From NCBI GenBank assembly GCA_043736515.1, contig JAYTCK010000013.1, positions 12,214-76,213 on the forward strand: a DNA stretch of 64,000 bases, in the 5' to 3' direction. The notes below the pieces were generated by a model. The model made no database searches. It had not been told where the DNA came from and saw nothing but the letters and a program-made list of their open reading frames with translations. Position 1 is the stretch's first letter; every line of letters begins with the position of its first letter. Source of the DNA: a bacterium. Lineage in GTDB: Bacteria; Patescibacteriota; Minisyncoccia; Phycocordibacterales; UBA6899. This document shows, piece by piece, positions 45,637 to 56,132 of the stretch. Made by a program: the position numbers and the translations under genes.

Positions 45637-46329
45637 TCAGCGCACGTGCACACGATGGTGCGTGATACGCATTTGAATATCATCGACAGGCTTGAGTAAT
45701 TTTTCTTGTTGGTGGGAAACAAATTTGTAGTGCGTAATGTCGCACATATCTTCAGCGATCTTCCACGCATCATTTCCCGTGATCCATTTTTCAGGCTTAT
45801 ATCGTGACAAATCGAGCGGACGTGAATAGGTGCGCAGTGTCTTGTCGCCCGTTTGATTATAGTACTCGTGAAAATATGACATGACGAGTTCGCGGAGCGA
45901 GCGGTAGATCGGATCACGGTAGCGTACATAGGCATGGTTGCCTTTTGAAATGGCTCCCCAATATCCATTTTTTTTAAACACAGCGATAATGTGGTCGTCG
46001 TCCTTGTTGTTCGCAGCGAGATCAACAAGCAGGGGACTCTCGCCATGAAACCAGAACGCAAGAGCGGCCAGAAGTGCTCCCTCAATGCAGTGTGCACGGT
46101 TGGTCTTCATGACTTCGCGCACCGACATGCAGCTATCGCCATTACGCTCAAAGTTCTGCGGAATTGCAGAAACAAAGTCCTGAATTTTTTGTGGGGTGTT
46201 AAGTCTCTTTAACACAGCAATCTCCTTTGAAGTAAGACCTATTTTTTTGTTATCAAAAGCAATTTTGTTCACTATTTCAGTGTAACAAAAAAAGAGGGGA
46301 TTCTCCTCTTTGTTTACTGCCCTTAACAC
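45637..46329 (-). CDS. Hypothetical protein, possibly with a cysteine-peptidase-like fold
   Basis: Segment RAHCIEGALLAALAFWFHG only. Weak. Confidence 0.35.
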   Translation of the reverse strand: MLRAVNKEENPLFFCYTEIVNKIAFDNKKIGLTSKEIAVLKRLNTPQKIQDFVSAIPQNFERNGDSCMSVREVMKTNRAHCIEGALLAALAFWFHGESPLLVDLAANNKDDDHIIAVFKKNGYWGAISKGNHAYVRYRDPIYRSLRELVMSYFHEYYNQTGDKTLRTYSRPLDLSRYKPEKWITGNDAWKIAEDMCDITHYKFVSHQQEKLLKPVDDIQMRITHHRVHVR

Positions 46330-46577
46330 AACCGAGCTGCATTATCTCTTGTGATCGATTTTACCCAATTCTGATTAATCACCTGAACAAGTGCGCCAGC
46401 AGTGAACGTGCTTGTAAGTACCAAGCCGGCCATCGTCATCACCTTCACATCAAACTGCCGCATGTCTTTGGTAAGGTACGCTGTGCGTATTTCATCCCGA
46501 AATGCATCATCGAAAACAAATTGGGCAAGACGATTTTCGTTCAAAATATTCACATGATCACCAAACTTCATTACCAT
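46323..46577 (-). CDS. Small hypothetical protein
   Basis: ORF only. Confidence 0.3.
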   Translation of the reverse strand: MVMKFGDHVNILNENRLAQFVFDDAFRDEIRTAYLTKDMRQFDVKVMTMAGLVLTSTFTAGALVQVINQNWVKSITRDNAARLC

Positions 46578-46660
46578 CGCGCTCCCCTAAAAGAATGTGC
46601 CGTTGCTCAATCTAACATTAGAGAAGCGAAAAGCAAATCAACAACAAAGCCCGATTAGCA

Positions 46661-46791
46661 GAAGAATCCTTTTTGATTTGGGATGAGATGCGCAGTCCTG
46701 GACCGTTTCGGAGTCGGGGGCTGTAGTCTCCTACTGCCCCCGACTGCGAAATCGGGAAGGCTACCAGGTCGCCCAAATCAAAAAGGATTCT
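46661..46791. repeat. MITE-like element or structured region: 21-bp perfect terminal inverted repeats flanking ~90 bp with an internal GC hairpin
   Basis: AAGAATCCTTTTTGATTTGGG at 46661-46681 and its reverse complement at 46771-46791. Inner GTCGGGGGC...GCCCCCGAC. The right arm overlaps the last codons of the M23 peptidase gene. Confidence 0.55.
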
Positions 46792-47827
46792 TGGCGCCGC
46801 GGATCTCGAAGTGAAGGTGCGTGCCAGTACTTCGTCCCGTATTCCCCATCGTCCCTAATTGTTGCCCCTGCACTAACACATCACCAACAGACACTGTCAC
46901 CGTGAGAAGATGTGCATAGAGCGTTTGCGTGCCATTCCCGTGTTTCACAACAACATAATTTCCATAACCGCCGTTACATCCTCGGCTGACGCAACCACTG
47001 CGCGCAATGATCACCTCACCGCCCGCTGCAGCGAGAATCGGTGCCCCAAGATAAGCACCAAGGTCGACACCATTGTGACCGTGTATGCCTTGTGTTTTGC
47101 GATAGCTGGCTACGGGCGATTTATAATACCCAGCGCCCGCAGTCAAAATAGTTCCTCCCAACTTCGTTGAAGCGGGGCGTGTGGTGGGCTGCACCGCAAC
47201 AATTTCACCGTCGGGAATAATAAGCGTATTACCGATCATGAGTGCTCCTTCCTCAATGCCGTTAAAGCTGAGGATCTCCTCGACATCGCTGCCGTATTTT
47301 TTTGCAAGACTGGCGAGCGTATCACCCTTTTTCACGGTGTGCTGGATTCCCGTTACAGGAAGAATGACCAATGTTTCCCCTATGGTTAACTTTTGTCCGC
47401 GGCTCATATTGTTTGCCCAAATAATTGTATTTACCGAAACATCGAACATACTGGCGATTGAAGACAGAGAATCTCCCTCACGTACCACGTAAATACTGAT
47501 TTCCCCATGGTTGTTCATTCCATCAGGAACATCGGCTAAGCCGCCCCCGGGACCCGCATCCGGTAAAATAGCACTACCACCCACGGTATTCACATCATTT
47601 ACCGACTGTTTTTGGGCAAGGTCACTCCCTGCTACGCCCGCAAGCAAGGCGATATTTTGCGAATTAATAATCTTCTCTTGGGTATTGGCCTTCACAAAAA
47701 TATCGCTAAAGAAAGAAAAAAAGCCGGCATATGCGACGGCTCCAGGCAAAATAAGAAATAATAACATGGAAAAGCCCAGCTTTGTCCATGAAAGCGGAGT
47801 TTGGGAAAAACTATTATGCCGCTTCAT
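46778..47827 (-). CDS. LysM-domain M23 family metallopeptidase
   Basis: Two LysM motifs (YVVREGDSLSSIA..., HTVKKGDTLASLAKKYG). M23 motifs HNGVDLGA and HLHFEIR. Confidence 0.85.
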   Translation of the reverse strand: MKRHNSFSQTPLSWTKLGFSMLLFLILPGAVAYAGFFSFFSDIFVKANTQEKIINSQNIALLAGVAGSDLAQKQSVNDVNTVGGSAILPDAGPGGGLADVPDGMNNHGEISIYVVREGDSLSSIASMFDVSVNTIIWANNMSRGQKLTIGETLVILPVTGIQHTVKKGDTLASLAKKYGSDVEEILSFNGIEEGALMIGNTLIIPDGEIVAVQPTTRPASTKLGGTILTAGAGYYKSPVASYRKTQGIHGHNGVDLGAYLGAPILAAAGGEVIIARSGCVSRGCNGGYGNYVVVKHGNGTQTLYAHLLTVTVSVGDVLVQGQQLGTMGNTGRSTGTHLHFEIRGAKNPF

Positions 47828-48230
47828 GCCGCGCGAATGCGGGGAATCGGGATGAGTATTATTGAGCTGTATAAGCCATTGTGAGTTAATTCGATCAGTA
47901 GTGCATCTGTTCCTCTAGAAATCACTATTTGAAGAGGATGAGTCGAGCAATCGTTGACAACCGTATTAAAAGATTATATCTGCTGCGGAAGACCCACGTC
48001 AATCACTTTTTGAAGAATTTTCCTTAAATGAGACCCTCGTATAACAGTATAATATGGCTAAAAACATGGGTTTTCTGGAAATGCTGTTTTGGGGAGTCTT
48101 GTTATCTGGCTCAGGAAAAGGCTCTTTTCAGCATTGTGGACAGTGTGGCCATAAGGCCATAAAAGCGCTCAACAGGGCTATTCTAGGAATACTTCGGCGA
48201 TATTGCCAACTAGTGCTAATATAATGTCTA

Positions 48231-50249
48231 ATGATAAATCTCCTTTCAGGCTTAAATCCGGAGCAGCAAGAAGCTGTCCTCGCCACCGAGGGCCCCGTGC
48301 TCATTGTTGCCGGGGCTGGAGCCGGAAAAACAAAAACACTTACCCATCGGATCGGCCATATTATCGAAAAGGGGGTACCACCCCAGGCAATTCTTGCTAT
48401 TACCTTTACAAACAAGGCCGCAAAGGAGATGCGGGAGAGGGCACTTAAGCTTATCGGAAAGGAGAGTGGGGGCAGTATGTGGGGGCGGCGTGACATACCA
48501 TTTATTGGCACGTTTCACGGACTGGGGATTTCTATCCTCAGAGAGAAAGGGGAGGTAATAGGGATACCCCGCTCTGCTACCATTCTTGATGCTGACGATG
48601 CGTTCAAACTAATTAAGAGTGCGATGAAAAAGGCAGGGATAGATCCAAAACAGTTTGAACCCCGCAAGATTCAATCGCTTATCTCCCGACACAAAGGAAA
48701 CATGGGGACCGCGGATACCATTGAAGCAACCATTCAAAACCGTTATCTGGCGCAAGCGGCAAAACGCGCATTTATTATCTATGAGCAATCACTTCGTGAG
48801 ACTAATGTACTCGATTTTGATGACCTGCTTGAAAAGACAGTACGGCTCCTTGAAACACACCCCGACGTACGCAGATATTATCAAACACAGTGGCAATATG
48901 TGCACGTCGATGAATATCAAGATACGAACGAAGTGCAGTATCAGCTTGTACGGCTTCTTGTGGGCGAGCGCAAAAACATTTGCGTTGTCGGCGACAGCGA
49001 CCAAAACATTTACAGTTGGCGTGGTGCCTCGATCGCAAATATTTTGGAATTTGAAGAAGACTACCCCGGCGCGAAAGTGATATTGCTTGAACAAAATTAT
49101 CGCTCGACTCAACGTATCCTTTCTGCTGCTAACGGCGTCATCGGAAAAAATACGATGCGCAAGGCAAAAAATTTATTTACAGAAAACGGCGAAGGGGAAC
49201 AACTCTCAGTGATGGCATCATACGACGAAGGGGATGAGGCGCGCTACGTCGCATCGAAGATCGGAGCGCTGCTCGGAGAAGGCCGTCTGCCGGATACGAT
49301 CGCAATACTCTACCGCACGAACTTCCAATCACGTGTGCTTGAAGAAGCACTGCTTTATTCCGGTATACCGTACCAAGTGCTCGGGGTGCGATTTTATGAA
49401 CGCAAAGAAGTGAAGGATGTGGTCGCGTATCTTCGCGCTGCAATGAATCCCAAAGCACACTTTGATTGCGAGCGCGTCATTAACGTACCACCACGCGGAG
49501 TCGGCAAAGTCACGCTTGAGAAAATTTTTCGCGGAGAAAGGAGTATGCTACCCGCCACCATGCGTGCGAAGGTTGATGCTTTTTTTGAATTGCTTCTCCG
49601 AATCAAAACTGCTGCCGATACTTTGAAGCCTTCACAACTTATTTCCTATATCATCAAAGAAACAGGGATTGAAAAGATGTATGCAGGAGAACATGAAAGC
49701 GGTGACGAAGAGGACACTGAACGACTCGCAAACGTGCACGAATTGGTTACGGTGGCTATGCGCTATGATGCATTTGGTGGACAGGAAGGAATCGAGCAGT
49801 TCCTTGCAGACATCGCACTTGAGTCAGATCAGGATAATCTCAATACCAATCAAAGTGCCGTACGGCTTATGACGATTCATGCAGCCAAGGGGCTAGAATT
49901 CGACTATGTCTTCATCACAGGAATGGAGCAAGATCTTTTTCCATCACGCCGCTCACAGGACGAAAGTAAAGATATTTCAGAACGCGAGGAGGAACGACGT
50001 CTGTTTTATGTTGCGCTCACCCGCGCAGCAAAAAAAGTCTTTCTCTCGTACGCATCATTTCGTACGATTTTTGGCCAGCGCCAGGTTAATTTTCCCTCGG
50101 AGTTTCTTTCTGATATTGCCGACGAATTAATCAGTTACGAGTCACGGACAGGCGAAACACTTGGCGAGAAGCCCAAACGGAAAGTAAGTTTGCTCGGCTG
50201 GGATGAAATGTTCGGTGATGATAGCGAGGAAACCGTGACCTATATATAG
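48231..50249 (+). CDS. ATP-dependent DNA helicase PcrA/UvrD
   Basis: LNPEQQEAV, Walker A AGAGAGKTKTL, UvrD helicase motifs throughout. Confidence 0.9.
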   Translation: MINLLSGLNPEQQEAVLATEGPVLIVAGAGAGKTKTLTHRIGHIIEKGVPPQAILAITFTNKAAKEMRERALKLIGKESGGSMWGRRDIPFIGTFHGLGISILREKGEVIGIPRSATILDADDAFKLIKSAMKKAGIDPKQFEPRKIQSLISRHKGNMGTADTIEATIQNRYLAQAAKRAFIIYEQSLRETNVLDFDDLLEKTVRLLETHPDVRRYYQTQWQYVHVDEYQDTNEVQYQLVRLLVGERKNICVVGDSDQNIYSWRGASIANILEFEEDYPGAKVILLEQNYRSTQRILSAANGVIGKNTMRKAKNLFTENGEGEQLSVMASYDEGDEARYVASKIGALLGEGRLPDTIAILYRTNFQSRVLEEALLYSGIPYQVLGVRFYERKEVKDVVAYLRAAMNPKAHFDCERVINVPPRGVGKVTLEKIFRGERSMLPATMRAKVDAFFELLLRIKTAADTLKPSQLISYIIKETGIEKMYAGEHESGDEEDTERLANVHELVTVAMRYDAFGGQEGIEQFLADIALESDQDNLNTNQSAVRLMTIHAAKGLEFDYVFITGMEQDLFPSRRSQDESKDISEREEERRLFYVALTRAAKKVFLSYASFRTIFGQRQVNFPSEFLSDIADELISYESRTGETLGEKPKRKVSLLGWDEMFGDDSEETVTYI

Positions 50250-50250
50250 T

Positions 50251-51093
50251 ATGAAACGTATTAGCGCAAAAAAATCACTCGGGCAACATTTTCTTCGTTC
50301 AAAAACTGCGATCAAGCAAATCGTTGGTGCTGCGCGATTGTTACCCGATGAGATTGTGCTTGAGATCGGCCCCGGAGAAGGGGCGCTCACTGATGCACTT
50401 CTTCAAAGCGGCGCTAGGGTGATTGCGGTTGAAACAGATAGGCGATGTATAGAAAAACTCAATGAACGCTTTGCAGATGCGATTGATAAAAAACAGTTGC
50501 TTGTGATTGAAGGAGACATCCGCAACGAGGAGGTACAAAAAATGCTATTTTCAAAAAAGTACTGCGGGGCCCTGCCGTATAAATTGGTTGCAAATATACC
50601 TTACTACATTACAGGGATGCTCTTCAGGCTTTTTCTAGAACACCTGCGACAACCGACGCATATAATTTTTCTTGTGCAGAAAGAGGTTGCACAACTCATC
50701 GTCGCAAGGGAAGGGAAAGAAGGCATACTCTCACTGGCTGTGAAGGCATACGGCACTCCCCGCATTGTTGCGAAAGTGAAACGCGAAGCATTTTCCCCGC
50801 CTCCCAAGGTTGACTCAGCGATTATTGCCATTGAAAACATTTCACGCGCACAATTAGTAGGCCTTCGTGATGAAGATTATTTTCGTGTTGTCAAAGCCGG
50901 ATTTGGTGCCAAGCGCAAAATGCTGCTGGGGAATCTCGCAAAAGAATTGAGTATCTCACGAGAAAAACTCGAAGCAATCTTTGCAGATATTGGCATTGAT
51001 ACACAAACTCGAGGAGAAGATGTTCCCGTTTCTCAATGGATTTTTCTCGCAAGGATTTTACTTGAAACAGAGAAAACAAAGAGTTCAAAATAA
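50251..51093 (+). CDS. rsmA: 16S rRNA (adenine1518/1519-N6)-dimethyltransferase RsmA/KsgA
   Basis: LGQHFL, SAM-binding VLEIGPGEGALT. Confidence 0.9.
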   Translation: MKRISAKKSLGQHFLRSKTAIKQIVGAARLLPDEIVLEIGPGEGALTDALLQSGARVIAVETDRRCIEKLNERFADAIDKKQLLVIEGDIRNEEVQKMLFSKKYCGALPYKLVANIPYYITGMLFRLFLEHLRQPTHIIFLVQKEVAQLIVAREGKEGILSLAVKAYGTPRIVAKVKREAFSPPPKVDSAIIAIENISRAQLVGLRDEDYFRVVKAGFGAKRKMLLGNLAKELSISREKLEAIFADIGIDTQTRGEDVPVSQWIFLARILLETEKTKSSK

Positions 51094-51113
51094 CTGGAAG
51101 TTGAGGGGGGGGG

Positions 51114-51548
51114 TTAGCCTGATGTCCCAACGCGAACCATAATTCCACTAGTGGGCCACGTCGCACAAGACTTGCCCACCCAATAGAGGCACACGCTGCC
51201 TACTTGGCGGTTTCCAAGAAGCCATACGCCTGTTGAATACACCATTCCATACGGATGAAGGATCGTATACCCTGGAGAGTAAACATAATTCGGGGGAGTT
51301 CCAGGTGTGGTGCTGAGATCAATTACGGTGACGGCAATATCAGCTGGATTAGAATTGCAGGTACAATAATGAATGTACGTAGAGAGGCCACCAAAGGGAA
51401 TTCCTGTTTCTGCTTGTACTCCGCGTGTCGTAAACATAATCGTGAATGCGACAACCGCACCCACAACGAGAATGATAAATACCGGCAAAAATCGAAATAT
51501 ATTTTGCCCATGTATGGTAAGCGCGAATAATTGTTTAAATGAGGACAT
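51114..51548 (-). CDS. Hypothetical membrane-anchored Cys-containing protein
   Basis: N-terminal TM FLPVFIILVVGAVVAFTIMF. ORF only. Confidence 0.3.
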   Translation of the reverse strand: MSSFKQLFALTIHGQNIFRFLPVFIILVVGAVVAFTIMFTTRGVQAETGIPFGGLSTYIHYCTCNSNPADIAVTVIDLSTTPGTPPNYVYSPGYTILHPYGMVYSTGVWLLGNRQVGSVCLYWVGKSCATWPTSGIMVRVGTSG

Positions 51549-51607
51549 ATATCAAGAATACAATGTATGAATAAAAATGTGTAGCTCGTTTTTCGCGGAT
51601 CGAGCGA

Positions 51608-52696
51608 CTAACGTGTGACGGTGAAAATAATTGACTCAGTAAGTCCGTTTTCATTGCGCAAATAAAACCAAATAGGAACGCGCATACTACTAGGAAGATC
51701 ATTTGCGGTAAAGTTCAGTCCGGGTATCGTCGCGTTGACCGTAAATTGAATCGTTTTGCCATCTGAAGAAGCAATAGGGGACTGAACACCCTGACCCCCC
51801 ACCGCTTCGTTCCCCGTAAAGGTGAATCCCTCTCCCGTCACAGTAACAACTGAGCCGAGGGGGCCTTCTTTCGGGCTAAAGGTCAGTATTTTGGGGGAAG
51901 AAACGGCAGGGTCGGTCACAATAAGAAACGAGCTGTTGGTATTACCTTTGCTGCTTGATACGAAAAGGTTCTGTATTCCCCGCGGTGCATCAGGTGGGAT
52001 TGTAAATGTGAGCATGCCCCATGAATCAACAAGAGTCTTCTCAATTACTGATGAGCCAAGATGCACCGTATTTCCCGTCGTGGCAAGGCCTAACGCGTAA
52101 AGCGTTATTTTTGTCCCACGTGGTGCAGCGTAGGACGACGGGTACATGATGAGTGGCGTGGGGGAAGTAAATGTAGTGACGCCAAAATCGATCGGGGGAG
52201 CTCCGCTTTGTACACTTGTACTACTCTGTGCGGGTATTGGAGGAAGAACAGGTTCAGCAACTGGGGTCACGGGGGAAAGTGATGGGGCCTTGGAATACGC
52301 AGCAATGCAAAGTGCGAGAAGTTTCGCTCGACTGTATAACCCAACATAGCCTGTACCGCCCGCAAGCCCAGCTGGGGTAAGCACCTCAGCTTTGAACAAA
52401 TTCTGAAATTTGATTACAGCGAGTTTCGTTTTAGTACCAAAATACGTTGTTTCTTGACCACGAGAACCTATCCCGGTTTCTGAAACACGTGTTGCCGGGT
52501 TGGCATTAAGTAGTTGTTGTAGTTGCTTTACATCCTGTCCGCTCGCACCTACACCCAGATTACGCGTAAGGGAAGCACAATTTTCGGCAGCGAGAGCAAA
52601 GCTGGGCAATCCCAAAAAAGCTATTAATAGAGGGAGGGTACTCAATAACAATTTTTGATAATTATTCATGTGTCTCATTAATGAACCAATATTCAT
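51608..52696 (-). CDS. Secreted protein with a putative peptidoglycan-binding domain and Ig-like repeats
   Basis: Signal peptide. PG_binding_1-like segment LGVGASGQDVKQLQQLLN...TYFGTKTKLAVIKFQ. Confidence 0.5.
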   Translation of the reverse strand: MNIGSLMRHMNNYQKLLLSTLPLLIAFLGLPSFALAAENCASLTRNLGVGASGQDVKQLQQLLNANPATRVSETGIGSRGQETTYFGTKTKLAVIKFQNLFKAEVLTPAGLAGGTGYVGLYSRAKLLALCIAAYSKAPSLSPVTPVAEPVLPPIPAQSSTSVQSGAPPIDFGVTTFTSPTPLIMYPSSYAAPRGTKITLYALGLATTGNTVHLGSSVIEKTLVDSWGMLTFTIPPDAPRGIQNLFVSSSKGNTNSSFLIVTDPAVSSPKILTFSPKEGPLGSVVTVTGEGFTFTGNEAVGGQGVQSPIASSDGKTIQFTVNATIPGLNFTANDLPSSMRVPIWFYLRNENGLTESIIFTVTR

Positions 52697-52820
52697 CTAT
52701 AATACCACACCAAAAAACATGTGCATTAAGTATTTCTGTGTTCATTTCGTAAATATTGACAATATAAAAAAACAAGCTAGAATACACAATAGTCACGTCA
52801 ATTGTTCATTGGAGAAAATT

Positions 52821-53405
52821 GTGAAAAAGTCGCTTACTCTCGTTTTGTTCGTCTTGGTTCTTACTGGAGCAACTTCGGCTATTGCAGCAGTTCGCTGCGG
52901 TGCAGACGGAAAATGTTACGACCTCGGCCCCAAACGAAACCTCGATACGGGTAAAATGGCGCCTGAGCCTGTTGATAACCTGCTCAAGCGCTATAGCTAT
53001 GTGACCCCGTATTTACCCAAAGGCACCAAACAGGTGTACGACGCCCCCGAAGCCGGCCCTTGCACAAAAGATGGGATCGTTCACAAGAACGCCACCTCGA
53101 GCAGAGGATGCTACATTTTTAGCAGCTCGGACGGCAATTTCAAGATCCAAATTCAAAAACAAGGCTCCTCCTTTTCCTATATTTCACAAATTTGGAAGAA
53201 AGTGAACAAGGAATGGGTGGCCTGGGCCGAATTCGATACAAGCGGACAAGCAACCTATGCTTCGACTGAGGCAGCTCGATTTGCCGGACAGAATGTCCCT
53301 CGAAGAAACGAGGACTACGCAAAAGACTTGCCGACAGTGCCGGGAATACTGAATGCTCCTGGGGTGGGCACCATACTGGATGGTATCCTGAAAAAATCTA
53401 GATGA
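52821..53405 (+). CDS. Secreted hypothetical protein
   Basis: GTG start with a GGAGA RBS. Signal peptide VKKSLTLVLFVLVLTGATSAIAA. The ORF-track version starts earlier, at 52668. Confidence 0.4.
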   Translation: MKKSLTLVLFVLVLTGATSAIAAVRCGADGKCYDLGPKRNLDTGKMAPEPVDNLLKRYSYVTPYLPKGTKQVYDAPEAGPCTKDGIVHKNATSSRGCYIFSSSDGNFKIQIQKQGSSFSYISQIWKKVNKEWVAWAEFDTSGQATYASTEAARFAGQNVPRRNEDYAKDLPTVPGILNAPGVGTILDGILKKSR

Positions 53406-53512
53406 GATGAGCACAAATCGCAACAAGCGGGACATAGTCCCGCTTTTTTTTATCTGAAAGGTGTATAACTCACAATCATAACTACCTGACACCTGTTATA
53501 CTAAGCGTACGC

Positions 53513-54541
53513 ATGAACTGGAGAAGCGTTTTCTTGGATAACAAAAAAATACTCACAAGCTGTTTTGTTGCACTCGTTATTCTCGGATTGGGCTTTTTGT
53601 CACATTCACAGGGAAACCTCTTTGCTGCTTTAGCAACACTCGGAGGGAAACAAGCGGATAAAATCATGCTTCCAGCCGATCTTATTACGCCCACACCGAT
53701 TGACATCACCAATCGTGACACCGACAACGACGGGTTGGCTGACTGGGAAGAGCGACTTCATGGTGCAGACCCGGAAAATCCCGATACCGACGGTGATGGG
53801 ACAAATGACGGCGGCGAAATCCGGGGGGGGCGCGATCCGGTCAAGCGAGGCCCAAATGACCTGCTTCCTGTCATAGCAGACCCCAACTTCGCCACATCAT
53901 CGACAGACGTTCTGGGGCTCAAAAAGGAGTTTTTTGCAAAATACTTAGCCGCACAAGCACAAGATGTACGCGAAACAACCTTCCGCGACCTCATTAAAAA
54001 TTTTGACGCAAAAAAATACCGTACCACTCATCAAATCGTTAGCCTAAACATATCTTCAGACAACAGTATTGAGGCCATGCGCGCCTATGGAAACGCATTT
54101 GGCATACTTATTGTGCGCTACACCAAACGCACACACCGAACTGAGGAAGAAATTCTCGGAGATGCGTTACCTCAAAAGAACAGCAAAGTCCTCCAGGAAT
54201 TGCAGCTGCCCGCCGTCACATATAAAAATTTTGCAAAGGATCTTTTAGTGCTTCGCGTCCCCTCATCACTCGCATCACATCACTTGAAAATTGTTAACGG
54301 CTACGACGGCATGTCAAAAGGTTTACTGGGTTTGCAGAAACTTTTCCTTGACCCCGTGGAAGGGGGTGGTGCTTATCAGGTATACACGGAACAGCGCTTG
54401 AAAGTCACTGAGGGCTACGCGGGAATTGTTTCATCGTTTAATGCAAACAGAGTCACGTTTGCTCCTGACGAACTTGGATATCCATTTTATAGACCGCAGA
54501 CCAGAGGAGGGGTGGGGACAACTTCACAACAAAAAATATAG
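53513..54541 (+). CDS. Membrane-anchored hypothetical protein with Asp-rich calcium-binding-like repeats
   Basis: TM near the N-terminus. DTDNDGLADWEERLHGADPENPDTDGDGTNDGGE. Confidence 0.4.
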   Translation: MNWRSVFLDNKKILTSCFVALVILGLGFLSHSQGNLFAALATLGGKQADKIMLPADLITPTPIDITNRDTDNDGLADWEERLHGADPENPDTDGDGTNDGGEIRGGRDPVKRGPNDLLPVIADPNFATSSTDVLGLKKEFFAKYLAAQAQDVRETTFRDLIKNFDAKKYRTTHQIVSLNISSDNSIEAMRAYGNAFGILIVRYTKRTHRTEEEILGDALPQKNSKVLQELQLPAVTYKNFAKDLLVLRVPSSLASHHLKIVNGYDGMSKGLLGLQKLFLDPVEGGGAYQVYTEQRLKVTEGYAGIVSSFNANRVTFAPDELGYPFYRPQTRGGVGTTSQQKI

Positions 54542-54569
54542 TAAAACACAATTTATCCGCTATAATAGT

Positions 54570-56120
54570 ATGATGACAATGTTACTCCTTGCAATCTCAA
54601 CTGTACTTCACAAAGGTTTCAGGGTAACACTCATTTTAAGTTTTTTGTTTCCTGTTTTTTTTGCGCACACCGAAGTTGCTTTGGCACAATCATACGTACC
54701 TGTAGCCGTCGTCCGTTTTGATGCCTTCGACGATTACGTCAATAGATTTAATGAAACTTTTGGAGCGGATGTTCCAAATGGCACCACCGACTCTCTGCGT
54801 GATCTTATTTCCGGTTCAAACCCCGGAGGTTTAGCTGCTGCGCCCTGCGAAAAAAAAGACAATGAAAATGAGGCTTTTGCTTACGAAGACGGTAATTGGG
54901 CGGCGGCGCACGCAAGCAGCACAGAAAATGGCAACGAAGGAATTCCGCTCACTGTACCCGAAGGGGGGCCTGCCGGCGGGCCGGCGCCTAGCCGTGTACA
55001 GATCAATGCATCCGCTTCATTGCGATGCCTCCTTCAAGAGCTCGTCGAGTGGCAGAAGCTTGATCTCAGTATTCAAATTCACGGCATGCTCAAGACATAC
55101 ATTGCCGATGCACAAGCAAAACAACTCAATAATCAACTTCGCAACAAAATTGCAGCAGCAAACCTTGATTGGGGCAAAGCAGGAAATGTCGTTGTCAATG
55201 ATGGCGTAAATTCAAATACGGCCGTTTATAATTTAAATTCCACCCAAAATATTACAAACAAGAATTCTCGACAACTCGATCACATCGCCGCTCAAGGCGT
55301 GGCTGATCCGGCATCGGGAAACCCGGTAGGTTCGCTTGATATCTGCGAACCGTGGCGACTCGATACCACAGCGAGCATGGTACGCAATAACCGTACCGAC
55401 GATCCTATCAACTACACCCAAGAAGTGACGAGGTGTACGCTCTCCTCGGTGATCAATCCCGTTGATTGGGATAGGTTTAGCGACAACCTCAACGACACCG
55501 CAAGTATTGAGGGGGGATTTGCCACGTTTGATGCGATGCTCCTCGGAAACGCAAACTCACCGCTCGATGCGGCGAGCACCGCAAGTTTTGCCGCGCAGGG
55601 CCGTATTGACCGGCAAGAAGAGGCCACAAAAGCAGAATCGCAATCGGACGATTTTGAAAGTACGAAAGAATGCAGTGGGCTTCCCGACGACCCTCATTGT
55701 CTCGACACACGATCACTGGCTGTTTCTCCCAGCGGTCAAAACAAGGAGACAGTCACACGCAACGCTGCTCAGGGTGATGATGCGGTTGCGAACAATACCA
55801 TGCTTGATGGTACCGCAGCAACAAGCTCAGAGCTCCAATCACTGCAGCTCAATACGCAAGGTGGGGCCTACGGATACGACGCGACACCACTTCAGGCGTC
55901 GCAAACATCCGTCAATAAACTCGTAGAGGAGTTTTATGACGTTATCAATGTTGCATACTTTTATGGTGTAACTTCTGACACTGCACTTTGGGCAGAGGCA
56001 ACCATGCTGATGATCTACGACGAAATGAAATTCACCGAAAACAGTACGGAGGTTATTGTTACCACAGGAACCGCAGATGATCCGACAGGATACGGAGGTG
56101 GATGGAATGCTGTACCATAA
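54570..56120 (+). CDS. Secreted hypothetical protein
   Basis: Start placed at the internal Met, after the upstream gene's stop. Signal peptide MMTMLLLAISTVL. Confidence 0.35.
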   Translation: MMTMLLLAISTVLHKGFRVTLILSFLFPVFFAHTEVALAQSYVPVAVVRFDAFDDYVNRFNETFGADVPNGTTDSLRDLISGSNPGGLAAAPCEKKDNENEAFAYEDGNWAAAHASSTENGNEGIPLTVPEGGPAGGPAPSRVQINASASLRCLLQELVEWQKLDLSIQIHGMLKTYIADAQAKQLNNQLRNKIAAANLDWGKAGNVVVNDGVNSNTAVYNLNSTQNITNKNSRQLDHIAAQGVADPASGNPVGSLDICEPWRLDTTASMVRNNRTDDPINYTQEVTRCTLSSVINPVDWDRFSDNLNDTASIEGGFATFDAMLLGNANSPLDAASTASFAAQGRIDRQEEATKAESQSDDFESTKECSGLPDDPHCLDTRSLAVSPSGQNKETVTRNAAQGDDAVANNTMLDGTAATSSELQSLQLNTQGGAYGYDATPLQASQTSVNKLVEEFYDVINVAYFYGVTSDTALWAEATMLMIYDEMKFTENSTEVIVTTGTADDPTGYGGGWNAVP

Positions 56121-56132
56121 GAATGATTCATA

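Noticed and set aside
46640-46800. SRP (4.5S) RNA
   Set aside because: GGAAGG and CAGGTC are present but in the wrong order and context for SRP domain IV on either strand.
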